From Vulcanimicrobiota bacterium (GTDB lineage: Bacteria > Vulcanimicrobiota > Vulcanimicrobiia > Vulcanimicrobiales > Vulcanimicrobiaceae): a stretch of DNA of 64,000 nt. Positions 1 through 8,303 of this stretch are shown in pieces. Both the position numbers and the translations under genes were made by a program. Below the pieces are notes generated by a model that had not been told where the DNA came from, ran no database searches, and was given only the letters and a program-made list of their open reading frames with translations. Where the stretch lies: the NCBI GenBank assembly GCA_963714015.1, contig OY970223.1, positions 1,728,001 to 1,792,000 on the forward strand. The letters run 5' to 3'. Position 1 is the first letter of the stretch. Every line of letters begins with the position of its first letter.

Positions 1-1
1 G

Positions 2-433
2 CACCTTCGGGCGCAGCTGCTTCAAGAGCGAACGCCTGCGGCACGCGAGAAAGCTCGAGCGATCGATACGCACCATCAAACGGCCGCGGCAATGCAGGCC
101 GCGATGGCGCGCGAGTGGGCGAGGGATGAAGCCCTCGCGCAAGCCCGTGCGGAGGCGCGCGCCGAAGCGGTTGCGAGCGCGCAAGCTGATGACGCCGCAG
201 CGCAAGAACGCGCCCACGATCGAGCAGTCGATGATGCCGCGCAAACGGCCGGCACGCCGCCGTCGAATCCCGGCCGCGTGACTTCGTACCCGGGCGGCGC
301 GCCGCTACCGATTCCCGGCCCCATAGATACGAACTGCACACCTCACCGCGGCAGCTTGTTCGGCACGATGCTGCAACACGTCCGCATCGGCGGAACGAGC
401 GTTGGAGGGCTATTGCAGCTCGTCGGGCAGTAG
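2..433 (+). CDS. Hypothetical Ala-rich protein, 5'-truncated by the window edge
   Basis: The frame of ORF 92..433 stays open back to position 2 (HLRAQLLQERTPAAREK...). It has an Ala/Glu/Arg helical segment followed by a Pro-rich linker. Confidence 0.5.
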   Translation, partial: HLRAQLLQERTPAAREKARAIDTHHQTAAAMQAAMAREWARDEALAQARAEARAEAVASAQADDAAAQERAHDRAVDDAAQTAGTPPSNPGRVTSYPGGAPLPIPGPIDTNCTPHRGSLFGTMLQHVRIGGTSVGGLLQLVGQ

Positions 434-446
434 GCGCGCGCGAGCT

Positions 447-1448
447 TCAGCGCTCGCGAACGATGCACCGAAAACCGACGTGACTCATGCTCGAGTCGAT
501 CATCTGCGGTGAACGCGCCGAAGGCCGGAAGCGCAGACAATAGTTCGGAGCGCACAGATGCGAGCCGCCTTTGAGTACTTTGCGCGGTATGCGGAATTGC
601 GGATTGCGGGGATCGTAACTCTCGTCCATCGTCGCTCGCGCAGAGGCGCTGCAGCATGCAGTTTGCCGGTCCGGCCCGTGCATGCTGCGGTACCAATCGT
701 CGGTCCATTCCCAAACGTTTCCGGCCATGTCGTATAAACCGTAACCGTTCGGCGGAAAAATACCGACCGGTGAGGTTCGTTCGTAGCCGTCCTTCAACAG
801 ATTCTGCCACGGAAACTCGCCTTGCCACGTGTTGGCCATCACCTTGCCGCCCGGTTCCATCTCGTCGCCCCAAACGAACTTGGCACGATCTAAACCGCCT
901 CGCGCGGCGAATTCCCATTCGGCTTCACTCGGCAATGTTTTTTCCACAAATGAAGCGTATGCGACCGCGTCTTCATACGTGACGTGCACGACCGGATGAT
1001 CGGGGATCTCCTGCGCCGAGCTTCCGGGACCCAACGGATATCTCCACTGCGCGCCCGGAACGTACGTCCACCATTGCGACCAATCGCTGAGATCGACCGG
1101 GCCGGCAGTGCGATGAAAAACGAGCGAGCCGGGAACGAGAGCTTCGGGCGGCACGTTTGGATAATCGTCCGGACTCGGCGGCCGCTCGGCGAACGTAACG
1201 TACGCCGTCGCATTCACGAACGCAGCGAATTCGCGGTTCGTCACCGGGTGCCGGTCCATTAGAAACCCCTGGACCGTTTCTTCGCGAACGGGTGCTTCCT
1301 CCGGATAAAATTCCTCGGAACCCATCGAGAACGTCCCGCCCGGAACCTGAACCATGCCGGCCTGCAAGTCTGCGCATGCCGCTAGTATACAGCTAATCCA
1401 CGAGTTCGACGTCGCCTTCGTGCTCCTGCTGCTCGGTATGCGAGGCAT
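447..1448 (-). CDS. Formylglycine-generating enzyme (FGE-sulfatase/SUMF1 family)
   Basis: Motifs FSMGS, PVTNREF, HPVVHVTYEDAVAY, LPSEAEWEFAARGG, NGYGLYDMAGNVWEW and KGGSHLCAPNYCLRFRPSAR (catalytic Cys pair). The true start may be the ATG at 1355. Confidence 0.92.
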   Translation of the reverse strand: MPRIPSSRSTKATSNSWISCILAACADLQAGMVQVPGGTFSMGSEEFYPEEAPVREETVQGFLMDRHPVTNREFAAFVNATAYVTFAERPPSPDDYPNVPPEALVPGSLVFHRTAGPVDLSDWSQWWTYVPGAQWRYPLGPGSSAQEIPDHPVVHVTYEDAVAYASFVEKTLPSEAEWEFAARGGLDRAKFVWGDEMEPGGKVMANTWQGEFPWQNLLKDGYERTSPVGIFPPNGYGLYDMAGNVWEWTDDWYRSMHGPDRQTACCSASARATMDESYDPRNPQFRIPRKVLKGGSHLCAPNYCLRFRPSARSPQMIDSSMSHVGFRCIVRER

Positions 1449-1593
1449 TGAATTTGAAATTCAAGTCGCTGTCCGATGTGGATCCCCACGGAAATCTCGA
1501 GCCCATGTGTTTTTGTATTCTTGCAGCTCAGCAAACGGCGCGCGCTCGAGTCTTCGTCCGGCCGTAAACACGGCAGGCAAACGCTGTCATCGT

Positions 1594-2433
1594 TTACCTC
1601 TCGCGAAGACGAAGCGTTTTCAAGTAATCCGCGAGTATCCAAGCCGCGCCTATTGCTGCTAGGTTGTACGCATTACCAGCCCACGCCGACTGATCTCGGG
1701 GTGATGAGAAGATCTGAGGCCCCAGAACTAACGCGCTAAATATGGCGAGCATTACCGTCAGTAAGCGTGCGGCAAGAACGTCAAGTTTTCCCGAAAGAAT
1801 AGCGATACCGGCCAGAATGAAAGCGGCTCCGGTAAAATGTGCCCAAAATAGCTGGTTCGGCGGAAGCCGGCTCGGGACGAGCGCCGCCACGCTGTTGAAC
1901 GAACTGGTAAAGTGGACGACCCCGAAAATCAGCACGAACGCTCCGAACGCTAATTTCGCGAGCCGCGCAGCCGTGTTTAACCGGTTGGAGACGGGAGCCG
2001 TCATCATCGCAATGGCCAGGAATGCCGCCGACACCAGGATTGCTTGTTGTCCCATCCCGTCGAAAACGCCAAGGAACATCGCCGGTCGAAAACCGAAAAA
2101 GTGCGGTACCCAATAAAGCCTCGGCAGCCAAAACGCGGCAAACATGGCGTACAAGATCGCCAGCGTCGTTGCGCCGGCTCGAGCGGTTCGCCGGCTTAAC
2201 ATCGCAGCGCCGCCGACCACAAGTCCCAGGGCCGTGAGATCCGCAAATAGATGGCGAAACGGGAAAAAGCCGCTTACCGTAAATGCCTGAATTGGCTGCC
2301 AGTCTGTTGCGAAATCACCCCAAGCAAGGTTGATTGCGCCGGCGGCGATTGCAGCCGCCGAATACACATAAACGCCGGCTCGCGATGTCTTCGAACGCTG
2401 CTGAATATTCAAATGGCGCTGAGTATACCACAA
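1594..2433 (-). CDS. DoxX-like multi-pass membrane protein
   Basis: About 8 hydrophobic segments in two related halves. FGVVHF..VAALVPSRLPP..FWAHFTGAAFILAG is typical of DoxX-type proteins. The likely start is TTG 2412, downstream of TATACT. Confidence 0.65.
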   Translation of the reverse strand: MWYTQRHLNIQQRSKTSRAGVYVYSAAAIAAGAINLAWGDFATDWQPIQAFTVSGFFPFRHLFADLTALGLVVGGAAMLSRRTARAGATTLAILYAMFAAFWLPRLYWVPHFFGFRPAMFLGVFDGMGQQAILVSAAFLAIAMMTAPVSNRLNTAARLAKLAFGAFVLIFGVVHFTSSFNSVAALVPSRLPPNQLFWAHFTGAAFILAGIAILSGKLDVLAARLLTVMLAIFSALVLGPQIFSSPRDQSAWAGNAYNLAAIGAAWILADYLKTLRLRER

Positions 2434-2609
2434 CTTTTATTTATATGCCTCTGAAGTATCGACGAACGAGCTTGTTCCAGTACTTCGGACTAGTCCGCGA
2501 CGGTGACCGGCTCTGCAGGCGAACGAACCGGAGTTGTATTCTTCCGGTTCGAGTTGCTCGCTAAGGAACTGACGGGGCCTTCATCGATGTCATCGCTAGG
2601 GCAGTCGGC

Positions 2610-2984
2610 CTAATCCACGGGACCCGAATCCGGAATCGCCGACATGATTTCGTGCGCCAGAGCGTTCGCATCGACGTTCCCAGGAGGCTGAACGGCGATC
2701 CTCGGGAACCGCTCTCCGCGCGTTTCGATCACCAGACAGTCGCGCTCACCGGCAACGTCGACGAAGATCAGCCCCTGCGGATTCGCGAAGATTCCGACGG
2801 TCTTCGCAATGCCTAAGTTGGTTCCCCGGATGTTATATTGGAGCTCCAAATCCTCGTAGTCGCTGACGTAGGCATTAGTCACATGCGAGAGCGGCATCTC
2901 GAACGACGTATCCACCGTCAGCAGGGAGTCCAAGAACGAGAGTTTGATCGACAACTTGCCGTCTTGAATCTTGACGCTTGCCAT
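2610..2984 (-). CDS. Hypothetical beta-rich protein (possibly bacterial PH-like)
   Basis: Clean 124-aa ORF with an AAGGA RBS, 41 bp downstream of the MBL/Rieske gene on the same strand. Confidence 0.7.
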   Translation of the reverse strand: MASVKIQDGKLSIKLSFLDSLLTVDTSFEMPLSHVTNAYVSDYEDLELQYNIRGTNLGIAKTVGIFANPQGLIFVDVAGERDCLVIETRGERFPRIAVQPPGNVDANALAHEIMSAIPDSGPVD

Positions 2985-3025
2985 GCTCTTCCTTTACTGC
3001 CGTTTCCATCGGAACGGCGGCCTCG

Positions 3026-4600
3026 TTACGGTGAAACGTATACGTCGTCCGGCACTGCCGTCTCGATCTCCAACGCATGTATCGTTGTGTCGTTCGTCGT
3101 GCATCGTCCGGCCTCGACGAGGTCGAAATGCCAGCGATGGCGCGGGCACACAATGCAGGTTTGCTCGCTCCATCCGTGCGATAGATCGCCTCCCTGATGG
3201 GGGCAATAACGCAACACCGAGTATCGGCGGCCGGCGCACTCGACGACGATTCGCTCGCGATTCTCCTGAATTGCGCGCGTCATCTCGCACCAGCGCGTCA
3301 GATCTTCGCCGTCAAGCAAGAGAAACGCGTGCAGGACCGGCTTGTAGACGTCGGGCTCCCGGCGGATGCGCACCCGGAAAGTGAGCGAGAATTCTTCCCA
3401 TGTGAGCGCGCCGTCCAGCACACGTTCGACTTGCCACGCCGGCGCGATAAGCTCGTAGAACTGCTTCGCGCACGGTTCAGCCGTGATGGAAATGCTTCCG
3501 CTCTGAAAATCGACCTTCACTGCGTTCCCGGGATCCTCCGCAATTCGAAAATACAACGGAACCTCTACTTGCGCTGCAAGCGTAAGGTGCCGCAATTTCT
3601 GACGAAATGCTTCGCGCAGCCGCTCGAGGATCGTGTGCACGGCAGTTTGCGTACCGGGTTGCCGCCGGCGGGCGTAGTAGTCGCGCGCGTAGCGTTCAAT
3701 GACGTCTTTCCGATCTGCGGGCGAAATCACCGTGCCGCGATCGCGGATTTCGATTCCGGACGCCAAATCGATCACGGCGCCAGGGCCGATCTCCGGAATA
3801 ACCGTGCCGGTTTTGCGCAAGCGGCGGCTCAGATAGAACGCCAGCTTTTCGCTGTGTGGAAAGATGTTCATCGGCTCGAAATTCAAGTGCATGATCGCCG
3901 GGTCGAGAAAGCACGCGGGGCCGGCCGAGGGCAAGTAGACCTGCGGCTCGAGTGTTTCAATGGCACGGGCGACGCTCTCGAATTTTGCGTATGCCTTTCT
4001 CTTCGAAAGCGCCGCATAATGCTCGGAATCATAGGCGTAACACGTCGGATGCCACGTGGCGCCGGTGAACTGGCAAGCAAAAGCGTCGATGTGTCCTGCG
4101 TCCTGCTTGATTTGCGGCAGCCGATCGAACAGCTTGCAGTCGTTCATGTCGAAGAACGTGCGTCCGTCAATCTCGACGAGCAGCGCCGAGTCACGGTTCA
4201 GTTCGGAATCGTCGAGATAGAGCCGCAGGCGTCCATCGCGTAAGGGAAGGTCTTCGCCGTCTTCCAACACCGCGATGCGTTTGCAGGCAAAACCTTCCAG
4301 TTTTTCCCGCAGCTTGGGGCTGCGGAATCGCGGCACCACGAGGGTGAAGTTGCGGTTTTTTATCGAGCGCAGAAACCCAATGTCGAAATGGTCCTGGTGC
4401 TCGTGACTGACGTAGACATAGCGCGCCCGCGATTCGTCGTCCAGCCGTTCTTGGGCAAACGGCGCCATATGCCAATTCAACGGAAATTGGAACCACGCAC
4501 CGTCGAACGCTCCATCTTCGGAGAGCCACGGGTCGGTGATCACCACGCTCGCATCGCTTTCGATGCAGAAGGCCGCATGGCCCAAGTAGGTTACAAGCAT
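3026..4600 (-). CDS. MBL-fold metallo-hydrolase plus C-terminal Rieske [2Fe-2S] protein, NamH (Rv3818)/CMAH-like hydroxylase
   Basis: N-terminal YLGHA..I..TDPW, MBL motif SHEHQDH, DSALLV, DMNDC, QFTGATWHPTCY, PSAGPACFLDP, and Rieske CPH-x17-CPRH at the C-terminus. ATG 4600 is preferred over 4639 because TACAAT overlaps 4638-4643. Confidence 0.8.
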   Translation of the reverse strand: MLVTYLGHAAFCIESDASVVITDPWLSEDGAFDGAWFQFPLNWHMAPFAQERLDDESRARYVYVSHEHQDHFDIGFLRSIKNRNFTLVVPRFRSPKLREKLEGFACKRIAVLEDGEDLPLRDGRLRLYLDDSELNRDSALLVEIDGRTFFDMNDCKLFDRLPQIKQDAGHIDAFACQFTGATWHPTCYAYDSEHYAALSKRKAYAKFESVARAIETLEPQVYLPSAGPACFLDPAIMHLNFEPMNIFPHSEKLAFYLSRRLRKTGTVIPEIGPGAVIDLASGIEIRDRGTVISPADRKDVIERYARDYYARRRQPGTQTAVHTILERLREAFRQKLRHLTLAAQVEVPLYFRIAEDPGNAVKVDFQSGSISITAEPCAKQFYELIAPAWQVERVLDGALTWEEFSLTFRVRIRREPDVYKPVLHAFLLLDGEDLTRWCEMTRAIQENRERIVVECAGRRYSVLRYCPHQGGDLSHGWSEQTCIVCPRHRWHFDLVEAGRCTTNDTTIHALEIETAVPDDVYVSP

Positions 4601-4865
4601 GTAGTACCTTGCCGGCGCATGCGCCGTTTTTGTGACCATTGTACGCGGCGAAGCGCCCCGCCGTCAGATGGTACCCTTCCCGGCACATTGAGGAAAAGGT
4701 CGGGCGCGGCACACCCGGTTAGTACAGGAGGCCCATCCGGCGTAAGCCGCGGCCACGCCGTTCCTCGGGCATTGCGGTGATTCTCGCCGAAAAGTGTCCG
4801 TATTGGTTGCGCACAAGGCTATTCACGAGGCGCATCATCGACGCGGACGATGCATTGCCGAATCC

Positions 4866-5480
4866 TCACGTGATAGATGCGATGCTGGGGTGAACGAAAG
4901 GAACGTATCCCAGTTCAAGAACGGACACGATGGACCGCGGGGTCAGCACTTCGACGATGATGCCGGACGGCGCAGGCTGCCGCGTGACGTATCCCTGGTC
5001 GGACCATTCGTACAACGTCCCTTCCCAAAGCAGCCGCGCCTTTCCGCCAAGTGAAACGTACGTGCCGCCCGGAAGTGCTCCGATCCTATCGTGGTACGTG
5101 CGCTTGACTCTGCCGTCGAGCCGATCGGCGTGCAATTTTGCGTCGATCCTATCGGCGCAAACGGGTCCGTCGCAAATACGTGCCCAGAAACCGCGAAAGG
5201 CCTTGTAATCGGCATTGCGGCATTCCGCGCAGGGGCGATGCCCTGCCGAGAGTGCGGCGGCCTCGTCCAGGAAAAACAGCTCCGTCCAGCGGTTCGGACG
5301 CATAATTTCGCGGCGCCTTCCGCGGAATTCCGTGCGGCAGGCAATCCAGCGCCGCGTCTGCCAAGGCCGCACGATCCGGCGGTCCGCGTCATGCAGAACG
5401 CCGCGGTTGCCCACCAGCAAACCGCGACCGGAGAGCGCGAGGATATCACCGGACGGCGTGACGCGATTTTGCAGCGGCAT
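4866..5480 (-). CDS. Conserved hypothetical protein (LQNRVTP family) with an Ada-like metal-binding motif
   Basis: MPLQNRVTP..GNRG..WIAC..WTELFFLDEAAALSAGHRPCAECR. Confidence 0.8.
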   Translation of the reverse strand: MPLQNRVTPSGDILALSGRGLLVGNRGVLHDADRRIVRPWQTRRWIACRTEFRGRRREIMRPNRWTELFFLDEAAALSAGHRPCAECRNADYKAFRGFWARICDGPVCADRIDAKLHADRLDGRVKRTYHDRIGALPGGTYVSLGGKARLLWEGTLYEWSDQGYVTRQPAPSGIIVEVLTPRSIVSVLELGYVPFVHPSIASIT

Positions 5481-5518
5481 CGAAAGGGTTACGATGGACG
5501 AAAGCGAGATGTTCCAGC

Positions 5519-6184
5519 ATGGAAACGATCGGCGATATTACGGAATTCTTGCGGCTGCCCTCCCCGGCGCCCAAACCGCTCGGCGTGGCTTTTAACGGCG
5601 GAACACTCTGGATGGCAAGCCGGGAAACGCACCGGCTTTATGCAATCGACGCATCGTCGTGGACGGTGCGCGACGAAGCTCAAGCTCCGGGCGGTCCGTT
5701 CGGCATGGCGATCGTCGGCGACGAACTGCGCGTCGTCATCGCGCTGGGCGAGAACGAACAGGATCGGTACATCTACCGGTTCGTTCCCGGTCACGGCTTC
5801 AAGACCGATCGGATCGATTGTCCCGACTTGACCGGTTCTCACGTTGCGTTTGACGGCGACACGCTGTTTCTCTCCCAGGCGCATTACCGCAAGATACTGG
5901 CGCTGGACGCGAATGGCGGTATTACGCGCGAGATAAGCTTAAAACGCACGCCGCTTGGGATGGCAATCGCTGCCGGCAACTTCTATCTGATAACGTCGGA
6001 CGAAGAATTCGAGAATCTGCAGCTCACGATGGTCGACGCTCATGGTGAAATGCCGGTGGAAACGACGCTGGCTTCCGTTCCGTTTGACGCGCGCGGACTC
6101 ACTTTTGACGGCTCGAGGTTTTGGACAAGTCACCGCGACAACAACGAGATCGTCGCATTTGAATCATCGCTTTCCAAAGGGTGA
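5519..6184 (+). CDS. Beta-propeller protein (YncE/glutamine cyclotransferase-like)
   Basis: Repeated P-x-G-[LMV]-[AT]-F-D-G-x-x-[LF]-W blades (PLGVAFNGGTLW, HVAFDGDTLF, RGLTFDGSRFW). Confidence 0.7.
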   Translation: METIGDITEFLRLPSPAPKPLGVAFNGGTLWMASRETHRLYAIDASSWTVRDEAQAPGGPFGMAIVGDELRVVIALGENEQDRYIYRFVPGHGFKTDRIDCPDLTGSHVAFDGDTLFLSQAHYRKILALDANGGITREISLKRTPLGMAIAAGNFYLITSDEEFENLQLTMVDAHGEMPVETTLASVPFDARGLTFDGSRFWTSHRDNNEIVAFESSLSKG

Positions 6185-7976
6185 TGCTCGTCGCGCGGCC
6201 CTCGTTTCCGCAGCAGCTCTTGCCTGCACGCTTTCAGGCTGCGGAGCGGTCCACGCTCAGTCGCCGGCTGTAACAGTACCGGCAGACGCCGCGGTGCGCG
6301 GCGATCGCGCCGAAGGTTGGTTGCAGCAAAGCCGCTCGCCGGTGCTGGCGCGTAACGGGATGGTGGTAACCAGCCAGCCTTTGGCGGCGCAGGCCGGTTT
6401 GCGCATTCTCATGCAGGGCGGTAATGCGGTGGATGCGGCAGTTGCTGCAGCGGCGACGCTCAGCGTCGTCGAGCCGATGATGACCGGCATGGGCGGCGAC
6501 GTCTTTGCGATTATCTATATCGCTAAAGATCGCCGGTATTACGTGTTGAACGCGAGCGGAAAAGCGCCGAGCGGCGCGACGATTGCGCGGTTTGATTCCC
6601 TGGGCTATCGTTACGATCCGAAGAACTGGGGCCCCGGTTCCGGAATGCCGCCGGGCGGAATTCTCGACGTCACCGTGCCGGGTTCGGTGTGGGGATGGGA
6701 TGAGGCGCTGCGCCGGTTCGGCACGATGAAGTTCGATCGCGTTCTGGCACCTGCCGCCGACTACGCCCGCAGCGGCTTTCCGGTTTCGGAGCGCATCTCC
6801 GGAGAATGGCGTTTACCTGATGCCCTGCCGCTTCGCGGCTGCTGCGTGCGGCCCGATCCGGACTCGGTGCGCACCTGGTACATCGACGGCGCCTCTCCGC
6901 GCGCGGGCCAGATCTTTCGCAATCCCGACCTGGCGCGTTCGTTTGGGCTGCTTCAAAAATACGGACGCGATGTTTTTTATCGCGGCGAGATTGCGCGCGC
7001 CATCGTTGCCAAGTCACGCGCGCTGGGCGGAACGATGACGCCGGCCGATTTGGCAAGTTACCGCGGCGAATGGGTGAAGCCGGTCGATACCATCTATCAC
7101 GGCGCTCATGTTCTCGAGCTGCCCCCGCCTTCCCAAGGTTTCGCCGCAAACGAAGCGCTCAACATTCTGGCGCAGTGCGTTCCGAAGGTTTTGCCCGGCC
7201 AATCCTTAGCCTCTCTCGGACCGGCCCGCGCTCAGTACTGGCACATGCTTGTAGAAGCGAAGAAACTTGCCTACGCAGATCTCTATCGTTTCAATGGCGA
7301 TCCGGACGTTGAGCGCGTTCCGGTTGCGCAATTGCTCTCAGTGAACCATGCGCAATCGCAATGCTCAAAGATGTCGGCAAATGCTGCAGCAGAAATGCAC
7401 TCGCCCGGGCCGCCCGCCGGACGCGGCGATACGATCGTCCTCTCAACGGCAGACCGTTGGGGCAACATGGTGTCGTGGGTGAACAGCAACTACGACGAGT
7501 TCGGCTCCGGGATTACGGTTCCGGGTTACGGTTTCATTTTGCACGACCGGGGTGCGCTCTTCACGCTGGATCCAAAGAGCCCAAACGCGATAGCGCCGCA
7601 CAAGCGCCCGTTCAATACGCTTTGCGCAGGCTTCATTGCCCGCGACGGGCTGCCGGAGATGACGCTCGGGCTCATGGGCGGCGACATGCAGCCGCAAGGT
7701 CACGAACAGATCGTCGTCGACATCGTCGATCTGCGCGCAAACGTGCAGCAAGCCGGCGACGTCGCGCGCTTTCGTCAGGACGAGATCTCGCACACTTTGT
7801 ATTTGGAGTCGCCGCTCTATGAAGTCGTAGGCGCCGATCTCGGCGCAATGGGCTACCGGGTGCGATCGACGAACCGCGCGCCGATGGGCGGCTATCAAGC
7901 GATCATGCGCCTTTCAAACGGCGCTTATGCGGCAGGTTCGGACTTCGGAAAAGACGGCGAAGCCGTCGGCTGGTAA
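6159..7976 (+). CDS. ggt: Gamma-glutamyltransferase family protein, probable lipoprotein
   Basis: GMVVTSQPLAAQAG, GGNAVDAAVA, TGMGGD, VTVPG, ELPPPSQG, nucleophile Thr in GDTIVLS, FGSG, KRPFNT, MGGDMQPQG, and lipobox-like LSGC. Start TTG 6159 is inferred; the ORF track gives 6042. Confidence 0.92.
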   Translation: MNHRFPKGDARRAALVSAAALACTLSGCGAVHAQSPAVTVPADAAVRGDRAEGWLQQSRSPVLARNGMVVTSQPLAAQAGLRILMQGGNAVDAAVAAAATLSVVEPMMTGMGGDVFAIIYIAKDRRYYVLNASGKAPSGATIARFDSLGYRYDPKNWGPGSGMPPGGILDVTVPGSVWGWDEALRRFGTMKFDRVLAPAADYARSGFPVSERISGEWRLPDALPLRGCCVRPDPDSVRTWYIDGASPRAGQIFRNPDLARSFGLLQKYGRDVFYRGEIARAIVAKSRALGGTMTPADLASYRGEWVKPVDTIYHGAHVLELPPPSQGFAANEALNILAQCVPKVLPGQSLASLGPARAQYWHMLVEAKKLAYADLYRFNGDPDVERVPVAQLLSVNHAQSQCSKMSANAAAEMHSPGPPAGRGDTIVLSTADRWGNMVSWVNSNYDEFGSGITVPGYGFILHDRGALFTLDPKSPNAIAPHKRPFNTLCAGFIARDGLPEMTLGLMGGDMQPQGHEQIVVDIVDLRANVQQAGDVARFRQDEISHTLYLESPLYEVVGADLGAMGYRVRSTNRAPMGGYQAIMRLSNGAYAAGSDFGKDGEAVGW

Positions 7977-8009
7977 GAGCTTCTGCGCCCAGCCTCCCTT
8001 TCGAGCGTG

Positions 8010-8273
8010 CTACGGGCTGGGGGTCGGCCAAAGCGTCGGCATCGGCATCGGCGTCACGGCGGTCGGCAGCGGCTGCGGCGTTATTGCGCTCGGCATCGGT
8101 TGAGGAGTCGCCCACGTCGAAGTCGGTTGCGGCGCCGGCGTCGGAGTTGGACTAGGCGAAGGCGTTGCCGTCGATTGCAACGTGGGCGATCGGCCGGACG
8201 CTCCGCCTGCAAGAATTGCAACCAAACCCGCCGTCGCTCCGGCCATAGCGAGCAATCTTCTGAGCCGATTCAT
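8010..8273 (-). CDS. Small secreted Pro/Thr-rich protein
   Basis: Signal peptide (MNRLRRLLAMAGATAGLVAILAG) followed by TP-rich repeats (ATPQPMP, ITPQPLP, VTPMPMP). Confidence 0.65.
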   Translation of the reverse strand: MNRLRRLLAMAGATAGLVAILAGGASGRSPTLQSTATPSPSPTPTPAPQPTSTWATPQPMPSAITPQPLPTAVTPMPMPTLWPTPSP

Positions 8274-8303
8274 ACCGCGGCTTTACCCCGTGCTCTTCCT
8301 GCG

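Noticed and set aside
2486..2551. Palindrome CGGACTAGTCCG and hairpin CGAACCGGAG/TTCCGGTTCG
   Set aside because: No recognisable RNA family; most simply a terminator-like hairpin or chance structure.
4690..4766. HDV-like ribozyme (GCCUCCU on the minus strand)
   Set aside because: The P3 and nested pseudoknot pairings required for the fold could not be built.
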